Positions 24,301-36,000 of a DNA stretch of 64,000 nucleotides are shown piece after piece; position 1 is the stretch's first letter, and every line of letters begins with the position of its first letter. This DNA comes from Paraspadella gotoi. Taxonomy: Eukaryota > Animalia > Chaetognatha. Location of the stretch: positions 16,284,532 to 16,348,531 of the forward strand of contig CM119263.1 of assembly GCA_051294375.1 (NCBI GenBank). Reading direction: 5' to 3'. Both the position numbers and the translations under genes were made by a program. The notes beneath the pieces are model-generated. The model ran no database searches, was not told the origin of the DNA, and saw only the letters and a list, made by a program, of their open reading frames with translations.

Positions 24301-27300
24301 TGACAAGAGATACAGAGCCTTGGGGGTGAACCCCTGGGGGGCCAAAAAGAACCAATTTTTTTTAAAAAATTTTTTAGTAACATCAAGTGCATTGATGTTT
24401 TAAACATATAAAACAATTTTAAAAAATAAAATTGATAAATTTTCAATAATTAAGCATAGTTTGAAGAGACATTGTTCATCATTTTCTTTCTTATTTTTTA
24501 AAATTATTCCAAATCTGTTCATGAAGCTGAAAATTAACAAATATTTTTGTGGTAATAAATACGTTTTTGTGGAAGAGTATAAACATCCATGCAACTGTTC
24601 AAAACAAAAACAATAAAAAAATTTAAAAACAATTTTTGACAATTTTTTGCCCCTATGGGTGACCTCTCCGGGGCCCCATATCTCCACTCAGGGGTCAAAT
24701 ATTGAAATTCGCCTCGATATTGTATTTGCATAATGATCGTTCATTCCAAATTTCAATAAATTTGGTCCTGTAGTTTTTTCGGAACATGTTCTGGTCACAA
24801 CAAACGGGTACCTCATTTTATAATATGAAGCCTTCTGAAGTAAGCTTTAAGTATATCATTATTTTTCTTTTTTAATTTTGAGAAAATATATGTGAAAAGT
24901 ATAGCTCTTATAAAGAAAGAATAGAAAAGAAAGAAAGAATAGAAAGGAAAGAATAGAAAGGAGAGAGAGAGAGAAGCCAAATCGTTTTCGAACGAATCAG
25001 CAGCGGCAGCAACAGAGGCGCACCCAGAAAAAAAGAAATCAAAAGGCAGCAGCAGCAGGAGAAAAGAGAGAAAAAGAATAAGCCCCTGCAGAGCCAGCTG
25101 CAGATTCGTTTTTTTCCCCTATGAATCAGTGACAAGGGAAAAGAGAGAGGGAGAGAGACATGTAATTAAAAGAGAAAAGAGAGAGAGAAAGAAATATAAA
25201 AATAAAAGAGAAAATTTGTTTCTTTTGATAAAACGTAAACAAAACATATTTAATAACTGTCCAGACTCAATTTTAAGCACATCGATGATGAGAAGCTGTA
25301 TATGAATTTTCAGCTTCATACACCCAAATTTAATCATAAAAAAGGCGATCTATAATTTGGAACGACGACGACAACGCCACTTATGCGCAAAAGCGTTACA
25401 ATATCGTCGCAAACGCTAAGCGATTGCGACAAAAAATTAATTTGTTCTTATTGAAGAGATAGTAATTATTGTTGTGTTAGTGACTGAACCGTTCAATATA
25501 AGCAGTCCCTGAGCTTCGGATCAGGCTGTAACACCGTATTACAGGCGGGTTAAGCGCCCCGTCCCTCTTAACTGCGAGGCGACCCCCGGGCTAGAAACCC
25601 GGACCTTTGGGTTAGGAGGTAAATGACTTGCCTCCTGCACCAATAGCCGCTAATAAACGGTTTGTGGATTTTAGTCTACCATATTATCATATTTTCTGTA
25701 CTAATCAACTTTGACGTCCTATAACTTTCGAACGCTTTGCTTGATTTTAATAGGATTTGAACCAATCGCTTCATCTTTCAATAAGCTTTGTTTTATGCTT
25801 CTATATCTTTGAGAAAAACAATATTGGATGGCTGAATTTTACAGAGTGATAAAAGTGGCTACTTTTTTTGCGCCGCAGTGTAATAGGTACATATGGAATA
25901 TAGTAGTAGTATGTAGAGTATGTAGCATATTTCAATTGTTCATTTTAATAAGAGTGTTAACCTGGATATTCTTGTTTGATCACAACTTGTTGCATGTCAT
26001 CATGAGAGTTTAGTTGATAAGGAAGCTGTCTTTTAGAGGAACTTTGTTCTTCATTTAAATCCGTTTCTATAGAAAATTTTTTATTTAAAGAATTTCAAGT
26101 TAACAGATGAAGACTTCATTGTTAGGATATATTTACTACGCTATAAACCACTAACATACCAGGATTGCCTCGATGTAATTGTGGCGGTAGCGGTGATTCC
26201 ATCGCATGGGTTGATTCATTCTTTATTGCATTATTGGTTGTGCTATACAGTGATGATGGATTGGTTGTTGAATCTTGCATACAGGATAATTGAATTTTTA
26301 ACATTAATTTAATGTCACGAGTAATAATAATCTAAAAATATTTTAAAACATAACTTACCTTGCATCATAAATTCTGAGGAACAAACGGTTTCATAGATAC
26401 TAGAGGGCAAATTGATCAGTGATGTTCGTTCTTGGTCCGCATCTGAAAGATAACATTTTGTATTACAAAAAAAATTATTTTCTCCTCTGTTCGTTTTAGA
26501 GGCTCTCAGTTGAAGATACTACAGGGACTTTAATTTGGACTGATTCAAAAAACTTGTAATATTCGGGTTATACAATTTTTTCATACCAAATAAAAAAATA
26601 TTGATTTTTTTCCCGCCAATTCATAATATTATAGTAAGGATAGTTGCTGTTATAAACATTTTCTTCCGAGGGTAAATTTCTGAAGAAACATTTTTTACTT
26701 TAAAATTTTTACTTTGAAAGTGGATCTTACAGTTACCATTAAAAAAATAAACATTTTTTCATGCTTCATTTTTATAATTAATAAGACACTGTACTGTAGT
26801 CAATGTATCATGAACTAGAATAAAAAAAATTATAATATGAATAATACTTAATAATAATCATCACGTTTTCTTTTTAAAATCTATTAAAAATAAAAATTTC
26901 AGCTGGGGGGGGAATTACGGAAAATGACTGTTAATAAATAATAGTTACCATAGTAAATAAGTTAGGTTTTATATAAGATTTTTTTTTCATAATAACAAAT
27001 TATCAAACTGACTTTTTATCACAAATTTTTTTTATTTTATGCAGATTAACTTCACAATCAGCGTTAATACTTATTAAATTGTTAAAAACTGTTAAAATTT
27101 GGATGAAAAAAATGAAAAGCGACTCCGCGCTTGAGAGATACTTATTATACTTTTAAGAAATTTGAACATTTTTTTAGTTCAAGTAGTTTTCTAATTAATA
27201 AATATTATAAAATAATATACAGTGAAAGAATTACGAGTTTAATCATATCTTTTTGTATCGGTCCAGATTGAAGTCCGTGTCGATAGTAAGGTTTAACTTT

Positions 27301-30300
27301 TTAAAACTTTCGTCGCTTTTTTGCTTAGCAGTACGGTACTATAATAGAGCCCGGATTGCGTCTGTATGGATCTTCGTACATTAAAAACTAACCGTTTTTG
27401 ATAAATAAAAATCGTTTAAGTATTATAACTATGGTTAAAGCCAAAGCCGAAAATGTGGATCTTCGTCACTAATCTTTTTCCGTCTGGGTTTTAGTTACTG
27501 CGACGCCGAGAGAGACACGCGTCTCTTATGAAGAGAGTTAATCATGAATCTTGTCAGATCCAGAAGCTGACGATAATTAGAAAACCATAGTTTTAGAGCA
27601 AGTTAAACACAAAAAATGAAGCGAACCGTAAATTGCGCTCAATAATTACATTCTTTTTCTTGATTTAAGTTTTTTATTTTAGTAAAGAGATGTGGGGGGA
27701 GGAGAATTTTTGTCAGCTAAATTTCAAATTTCTGTTTACTTAGTACAAAATTACCAGATTTAACTTTAAGATCTGAAATTTGAAGAGTTGAAAATTATAA
27801 CACCTCAACTTCCTTCCGGACCAGATTTTCGGTGGTCAGGCTTTCTCCTATCTCGTGCAGGACCCTTTTTTATATTCCTCCAGTTTATCATAGGAACCTT
27901 GAAAGAGAAAAATCCACCGACGACATAACATGGCAATAGTCAATCAGAATCCCGACCTCGCAGCCATTTTTTGACCCTTGGGATCTCGAAGCAAAGTAGG
28001 CTGGGCGCGCAACAGCTTTCGACTGGCCTTCAACCTTCAACCTCTTTCAAGGTTCATGGATTACTTTCTTTTTCTTTCTTTCGGTTTGGGCAAATCGAGT
28101 AATTGCGAACACGAGGCCACATGAAATTTATACCATACCTTTTTGCAACATGTCCAGATGCTCCCACAAAATATCGCCCATGAAGGGTGGAACGCGAGAG
28201 AGAAAGTCCTCTTTGGATAAATCGCAGAGAATCTTTCCTTTCATGGTTACTTTGGATAATTCAACTCCTTCGAGACTGAATTCTTTGATTGCCCAACACA
28301 ACCATTTGACGACTTGAATTTCGGCCCATTCTCGTGGATCTAAAAAGATTTTTAAACGGCGGTCATGAGACATATAGATTAGACTTTTTATCAGATTACA
28401 AATTTTTCAGTTTTAAATGGAAGCCACAATCATATTTTTCTCCTTTCCTTTACTAACCTTTCGGGATGCCGTGTATTAACTGTTCTTTTTCAAAGCTAGA
28501 GAATGAAGCCCTCAAAGCGGCCGTCATTTTTTGATTGGTACCCGGAGTTAGTGGAGGTATCGAGCTCGAAGTTGAAGGCACGTGGGGCTCTATTAAAGTC
28601 GTATTCATTAATATTTCACCTTTTGGTGTTTATTAAATTATTTATATAGGTATGTTATGCAAGGTTTACTAATTCTGCAACATGCTAATAATTAACCTAT
28701 AACCTATTTCCATACTTAGATGATATTAGATTGACTGGAATATTTTTTGATGGAACCTTAACCATTTTAGGTCATAATCTAATTTATTATAGATAGAGGC
28801 CATATGTTTTTTTTCTTTCATTGCCACGCAAATTGATATTGTTTAACTGTTCTATTCTGTAACAGAATTCGTTAAAAAAGTTTCTTTGTACTTTGAAAAT
28901 GGCCCTAGAATCGGGCGCTCTCGCTTTCTCTTTCGCTTCTTTTCCCCTGCTGTTTCCTCGCTATATCTAATTCACACTCTTGTGCTACAAAATCCAATCG
29001 AAAACTTCCATACGCGACGAAGTTTTGGCGAAGCGAAAACATTCATTTGAATTTCAAATGATGATCGTGACTGGGATAAAACGATATATTGGCTAGGAAT
29101 TTAGAAGTACCTTCTGAATTTGTTTCGAGATCATTTTTTTCAACTGCAGGACAGCCATAATTTAAATTCTCTTTATTTCTATTCTTTCTATTCTCCAATT
29201 TTATAATTCTTAACATTACTGATTAAGAGGCTAGGTTCCCCGATAATTAATATAAACTGGACAAAAGGGTGGAGCAATAAAAAAATGGAGACCTGTTATT
29301 TATTGCGTCTGTATATGAAAATGATAAAAGTTCAACCTTTTACAAGTTTTTTGCGGGCAGCAACAGAAATTGTGTTTTCTTTATAGTAATATCCTTAATA
29401 CATAAAATTTAAAAATAATAAAAAATAATTTTGAAGGCCAGGGATCAGTCAATTTAAACATTATATATATAACATTATTTAAACTTTATATACTATATTA
29501 AATACCCCTTTGCCTCTCTCTCGAAAGTATTTCAGAAAAAATGAATGGTTTTTTTTGCCCAAAATTTTGAATATAAATATTTTTTACTTTTTTTCTCGGT
29601 AAACCGAGAATTTCGAGTAAAAACGGATTCTTAGGGGTATGCTCAATTTTTTTCTTTTGGTAAACCAAGATTTTTAAGTAAAGACTGATTCTATAGCTAA
29701 AGTCAAAAGTTAGATACCTCATAGGGGAGCTAATTTTAAGTTATATTTTGTGTATAGACTTTCGATTTCGTTGTGTTTCGAATTTAGAGAGGAAAACAGT
29801 TTTTGTTTCAACGAGTCTTTAGGACATTTTTCGGACATGTTTCGACTCTACAGTTAGTCTTCATGAGCATTGTGACTATCAATAATTTTTCTCTTTTAAC
29901 ATTAAGTTAAAGAAAAGGAGAGAGAGAGAGAGAGAGAATTAAGAAAGGGATAGTGGTCAGATGTGAGGACAGGTGAAGGCAAGGACAGGGAAGAAGAAAG
30001 TCAGTTGAAATTTGAAATTGAGGGAATTAGAGAGAGAGAGAGAGAAAGAGAGAGAAAATCTTTACATTTGGTAATGTACAACAATGAAAAATGAAGATAA
30101 TTTAGCAAACTTAAAATTGAAGGTTAAACTAATAGTAACAGAATAAATAATAATACACGGTAGGGCAGAGAGGATGTTAAAGAAACAAAAAAAGTGCCAT
30201 CTCTGAAACCTATAAAATCTTAAAGTATACCCATGAGACACTTAATGTGGTAGGTCAGTAAAATTCGATAAAGGCAGGTTTTTTTTTAAATGCTCATTAA

Positions 30301-32222
30301 AGTTTTTGAAAATTTTTTATAAAAATTTTTAAGTAGTTTAGTGAATATGCTTACAATTTTATTGCCTATACATCTATCATTATCTACAGAGCATAAGCTT
30401 TTATTTGAGACTTCTCCCAACTTGGTACAATTTTTTTTTATTGGATTATAAGTAAAAATCATAATTTAAAAAAAAATATTTATCAATCAGTTCTTTCAAA
30501 CAGATTATTTCTTAAAAATAAAAGTACAAATATGTTCTCAAAATGCAGTACTACTTATTAGGCTTTAAAACAAATTTAAAAAAAAATTGATTTAAAATTA
30601 TTATAAAAATAAATAATATAAATAATTATTTTTTTTTTTTAATATGTAATATTTAATTAAAACTTAATCTCAAATAAAATAACAGATAAATATTAGCTGA
30701 GCACTTTAATTCAAAATCATATCTAGTAATTATATATTTTATTACTTATAAAAAATTTATATATAAAATTATATTATAATAATTGCTTACTTAATATTTG
30801 ATATATATTATTATTAGACAAAAGTATAAAAATATTAACAAACATAATGCTTTAACTTTTAATACTTAATTAGAGTATATATTAATATTTTTTTAAATAT
30901 TTTTGTAATTTTTAAACTTTTATATATTAAAATTATTTAATAAAAAAAACCTTATTTTGAAGCCTAATAAGTAGAACTGCATTTTGAGAATATTTATATT
31001 TTTTTAAATAAATAATCTGTTCAAAGGTACTAATTGATTAATCTTTAAAAAAAAATCTAATTTTTATTTATATTTCAATAATGAAAAGTAATAGAAAGTT
31101 GGGAAAGGTTTCAAATTAAAGCTTATGCTTTGTAGATAATGATAGACATATAGACATTCAAATTTTAAGCATATTCACTAAACTACTTAAAAATTGTTAT
31201 AAAAAATTTGAAAAACTTTAATTAGCATTTAAAAAAAATCCTGCCTTTATCGCATTTTACTGACCTACCACATTAAGTGTCTCATGGGTATACTTTAAGA
31301 TTTTATAGGTTTCAGAGATGTCACTTTTTTGTTTCTTTCACATCCTCTCTGCCCTACCGTGAATATATATTATATATATATTATATATATTATTTATATT
31401 TTATTCAAGTTTGAAATAGTAATTGCAGAGCAATATATTTGATAATTTATTTATATAATTAAATAATTTACATTATGGTGTCTATAATTATTAATTATGT
31501 CTAAAAATCTATCGTCCGTTTTATTATTTTGAATTCATGTAACACTTTGTTATTACGTTAACTACGTTTTGTTTGTAAAGTAGTTAATACACATTAATTA
31601 AAGATAAACAACGACTTAATTCTTTGTGACGATCTCCAAAATAATTAATCAATAAATGGAAAAAAAAAATCAGTAAATGGAAAAATGTTAATTGAACTGC
31701 TAGCGAAAAAGTTTTGGTTATTAATTGCCCCAGAGTTAGTGAATGACCTATGTATACTATTATATAGTTTAAAAACTTACCCTGGACTACGCTTTCTTCG
31801 TTCGATAAATCCCCCAAGGACGGAACTCTTCTGACGTGACGCTTTGCATCCTTCGCGACTGACGGGACGGTCACTGAGGGGGTAAAGTCTCCCTCGCAAG
31901 AATTATGTCGCTCGAACGTGACGCGCAAATTAGAGCGCGGCGCGCCCAGAACCTCATTCACATCGGAGGAGGAGGAGGAAAGGGATCGAGCGTCACAACG
32001 GTTTTTCGCTAAAGTTCTGGAAGCGGAGGGGCACGTAGGAGATGCCGACGAGAGCGGCGTCCTATCTCGCTCGCTTAATTTGTCATAGTGCGAAGGATCT
32101 GAAACTGAGCGGTAGAAGCGAGATCCGTTGGGATTTTGCTCGTTAACTGTCAGGTCGCCGACCCCAAGGTTTGACATCATCGACGTCGAAGACGTCGTAG
32201 TCAAGACTGGCGTCGTTTTCTC
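18347..32222 (-). CDS. ETS1: ETS-family transcription factor of the Ets1/2 (pointed) class with PNT/SAM and ETS domains, 12 exons
   Basis: Minus-strand exons 32222-31781, 28589-28458, 28339-28139, 26442-26359, 26273-26160, 23316-23057, 22989-22757, 22588-22389, 22327-22040, 18842-18724, 18634-18519, 18455-18347 (TGA), all phase-consistent. Motifs: [10 protein letters not shown]; MAPK site PPLTPGT; PNT domain DPREW...WAIKEFSL...[17 protein letters not shown]; ETS domain [35 protein letters not shown]...[57 protein letters not shown]. First in-frame ATG at 32180; true 5' end uncertain. Confidence 0.95.
21040..21580. repeat. Extremely AT-rich low-complexity tract in an ETS intron
   Basis: Almost only A/T, with (TAA)n and (TTA)n runs. 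Confidence 0.8.
23335..23510. mobile_element. Small inverted-repeat element carrying degenerate (CCCTAA/TTAGGG)n repeats
   Basis: Ends TTTCACTTTCACCGA ... GTCGCTGAAAGTAAAA surround CCCTAA variants. Better copy at 53422-53548 (TTTTACTTTCGCCGACC / GGTCGGCGAAAGTAAAA); another at ~56850-57000. Confidence 0.6.
24146..25880. mobile_element. Tc1/mariner-type non-autonomous element with TA target duplication, hosting nested insertions
   Basis: TA|CACTGCGGCGCAAAAAAAAGTGG ... GGCTACTTTTTTTGCGCCGCAGTG|TA. Confidence 0.8.
24175..24837. mobile_element. MITE nested just inside the left TIR of 24146-25880
   Basis: TIRs CAGAAGGCTTCATATTTTAAAATGAG / CTCATTTTATAATATGAAGCCTTCTG; a related partial copy ends at ~19897. 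Confidence 0.7.
29833..29868 (-). ncRNA. Degenerate minimal hammerhead ribozyme motif (Penelope-like element relic)
   Basis: Minus strand reads CTCATGAA-GACT-AACTGTAG-AGTC-GAAAC-ATGTC: perfect stem II and palindromic ACATGT stem III region, but the core is CTCATGA instead of CTGATGA. Confidence 0.45.
30156..31361. mobile_element. ~1.2-kb foldback MITE with inverted arms several hundred nt long
   Basis: TA|CACGGTAGGGCAGAGAGGATG...GGTAGGTCAGTAAAA versus TTTTACTGACCTACC...CATCCTCTCTGCCCTACCGTG. A related single arm lies at ~49960-50110. Confidence 0.85.
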
Positions 32223-33074
32223 CTAAAGAAATTTCACAAAATCTGTATAATGGAGACAATTTCATGCCGAAGATAATCTAAAGCCTCATTGATTACCTAT
32301 TACTTTAACCACGAAATATTAGTTTAGTCATAAATGTTCTGTAGTAGATTAGTAGTAGATAAGTTTGCTCAATAAATTTATCCGTCATACATCAGTGCCA
32401 ACGTTCGAGTCATGTTTACAGAACCGTGGGAATATTTTGACGAAGAACCGGTTTTAAACAGAATTCATTTTAAAAAAGCTGTTATTATTCGTACCGCTTG
32501 ATATTTTATAATGCGATTAGATTACAAACTTACAGGAATTCAAATGAATATTCGGTGTACTTGTGTAGTTATATTATTGTCTGTCGTTCGGTATCAAAAT
32601 CTCCCACTTAAAATGCGTTTAATTTTATCTCTGTTTCATCTTTTCTTTTATCTTTGTTAGGTGAAATCAGCTAAATTTAACTTTTTAGTCGGATCTGCTT
32701 ATGACACGATGAAAGTTAACGTGGCGAAACTTTCCCATACAACATATTTTTTATCGTCGCAATCGCTTTGCATTTGCGACGATTTTGCTGTGGTTTTGTA
32801 CATAAGTGTCGTCGTTCTCGTCGGCGTTCCAAATTATAAATCGCCTTTTTCATGATTAATTTTGGCTGTTTGAAGCTAAAAATTTATATACAACTTCTTA
32901 TCATCAAGGTTATTGAAATTGGGTGAGGACAGTTATTAAATGTTTTGTTTACGTTTTATCAAAACAAACAAATTTCGTCTTTTATTTTTATGTCTCCTTT
33001 TCTCTTTCTTTTCTCTTTTAATTAGATATAGCTTTCTCTCTCTCTTTTCCCCAGGCTGATTCATCAAAAAAAAC

Positions 33075-33099
33075 NNNNNNNNNNNNNNNNNNNNNNNNN
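33075..33099. other. Assembly gap (25 N)
   Basis: 25 consecutive N; the sequence before it (…CTGATTCATCAAAAAAAAC) continues naturally at 49160. Confidence 0.99.
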
Positions 33100-36000
33100 A
33101 CACCCACCACGACCGCACGACGCATCTGCAGGCAAAAACACAATTCGTTAAACGGAACGAAATTGAAAAGAGATAAAAAGATATTATACTAAGACCTATA
33201 CATAGACAAAAAGGGAGGCTAATTGCTTTTTGGGTGTGAGTTAATATAAGCTACAGGCCCTGTGAAAAATCTTAATTTTCGCACGTTTTATGTATGTTTT
33301 TTAAAAAAGAGATCAAATGTGTAAGTTAAAAAATATATATATGTTAAAAAATGAATCGCGCATCTTGCCCACAAAGTTCTCCTAACTCACCCCAAACTCG
33401 AAAAACCTCAGTATTAAAATAAAAACAAAAATGATATATATTTTATAAATTAATATTTTGCAAAAAGCCCAGTCAATTACTAAAATCTGTCATTGACGGA
33501 GATCTTAATCAAATTAAACAAATGTTTGCAAACTAATTGTTTTTTATAAATTTCAAATCAACAAAGTTACTCTTTTAAAGCGAGGTATTATGACATTTCG
33601 TACATTTCTTCGAAACTATTACTTTTTCCAAACACTAGTGCTTAAAATGGTGTAAAAAGTCTCAAAAAAATAGAAAAAATCAAATCTTCTTGCGTCTTGA
33701 TTCAGTGACTTGCCAAAGCTCGGTTTTCCATAGCGACTACTATTCATGCCTAATAACTCAATTTTAAATTTTCAGTTGAAGATTTGAACTGCGATGAAAG
33801 ATAATATTTTTTTTAGCGACAGAAAGAGGTAGGGGCCATCGAAAGAGAAATTCATCGATATCTCAGTAAGATGAAGAAGAGTAAAATGAGGTCCGAAGAG
33901 GAGGAGGACAAACGAAGAGGAAAAGGCAGCTGCGTCGGAAGTACTCAGCGTCCGCTTTCTTCGCCGCGGCGTCGAGCAGATTTCCGCGACGCTGAGGCCT
34001 TCTCGATGGAGAGTGAGGACTAGAAAAAAATGGTTTGTCGAGAGCTAGTAAAGTCCACGAATCGGTCGGAATTAACTTTTAAAAGAAACATGACAAAAGT
34101 TAGTGCATTAGTTTATTTTTTATGTTAGTTTTAATGTTTTACTTTTTAAAAATAATCCTGCTTTTATTCACTAAAATCTTATATGCCACATGAATTTAGC
34201 TTCCTTTAATTTCATGATTACAGAATAGGATCCCAAATAGAGCAGGTCGAGACAAAACTGACCTCAAACCAACCTTAACTCAACCGGGTAAGCACATTGC
34301 TCCTAAAAAATGTTTGTTGCAAATCTAAAGTTTTCCCTTCGAAGCTCGGGGCTGCTCTTTCTCTTTCTCTCTCGCTGGGGCTCGTCTTCTCGGCTGTCGT
34401 CGTCGTTGTTGTTGTACTCTTTGTTTGTAGAGACTCGATGTTGCTCTTTTAATCACACACACACTCACACACACAACAAATGAATGAATGGACGAATCTC
34501 TTACTCTCTTTCGACAAAGTTTTCTTCGAAACTACGAAAGGTTCAATCTCGTCTAAAAACTGGCTTTCGACAAAGAATTAACGAAAACCTTTGTGTCCTC
34601 GTGTTCACCATTGAAGTCCGACAAGGGGATGGATTTTAATCCGACTTTAAATTCCGCTACGTTGCAGATAAGTAAGTAAAGTTGCAGCGGTCCGCTAAAT
34701 TTTACTTTCGCCGACCGCGCGTTATGGCTTTTTTGTGAAATCATTTTAAAAATACTTATTTAAAAAAAAATTTAAAAAATATTACTTAATTACCCTAACC
34801 CTAACCCGGGTCGGCGAAAGTAAAAGTACCCCGTCATTATTAATGAAATAAAAGTTTTACAATTCATTGTGCAATTAAAAACAAAAATAAAATAAAACTA
34901 ATAAATATAAAAGTTTTATTAAATTGCAAGTTCATAAAAAGGGATTGATAACGATGGTAAAAGCAAACAAGAAAATCAAATGACCAAATTAGGCGTTTCT
35001 CGGAAAATATACTGATATTGATAAAAGTACAAACAAGAGATGCAAAAATAGAAATCATTAAAGTATTTTCATTTCTTAGAGTTCGGTTCAAAACGCTCGT
35101 GACGGAATGGATACAACTTCGAAACCGACAACTTTCACTTCGATAAAACTAAGAACGTTATCTCAGCGACAAAATAAAACTAACAGCGATAAATTTTTAA
35201 TTAATAAACCTCGGCAAGGTAATCTGGCAATCTCAAACGAAGACAAAGAGGACAGCGGGAAAAGCGGCAACACAATTTCAAAATGAGGATTCTACGAACG
35301 CGAAAAACAGAAAAAAGAATAAACGACCCTTTCTATTGAAAAATACAACACATTGTATTTTAATAATTATACACAGGTGGCAAAAACTGTAGGTTAGGTT
35401 TTAAGGGTTTGTTATTATTATTGTTAGTAATCGAAATTTAACAAGTTTGAGCAAACAAGTCGATCAGCCCACGATAATTTAGCGGTAAATCGATAAGGAA
35501 TCTATAAATCAATCATTCAATAAACTGATCAATCAGCCAACCAATCATTTCAACAGAGGAGAGAGAAAGGAACTTTAAAATTAAAAAAAAAATCTTAAAA
35601 GCATAAAGATCGTCACAATCGAATAAGAAAATCTGGATTGACGACAAATTTTGATACTAAAAAAATCAAATTTGAGAAAAAAAAAAATTATAACAGAAGA
35701 AAAAAAAAGAATAATAAACATAAACAGTGAAATAACTTATTTTCGAGTTTAATTTTTAGCAAGTGCTAAGTCTGGAGAGACATTATTGAAGGTACTTTTG
35801 TTTTACTTTTAGCCCGTATAAGCGAGCAGTTTGATCGAATGCGACCTCTCTAAACACTGTCAACATTCCCAGACAAAAGACAAAGTGAATCTTAAATCAG
35901 ACATTATTGAAGGTACTTTTGTTTTACTTTTAGCCGTATAAGCGACCTCTCTAAACACTGCTCATTTCCCAGACAAAAGACAAAGTGAATCTTAAATCAG

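Noticed and set aside
25119-25337. Recurring ~70-aa [13 protein letters not shown]… (also 37124, 50873, 51579)
   Set aside because: Part of the non-coding R1 repeat; frame breaks differ among copies and no domain is recognisable.
27440-28080. GC-richer patches in the intron downstream of the PNT exon as an alternative (pntP1-like) first exon
   Set aside because: No convincing ATG-ORF plus in-phase donor found by eye; could be enhancers, but unsupported without expression data.
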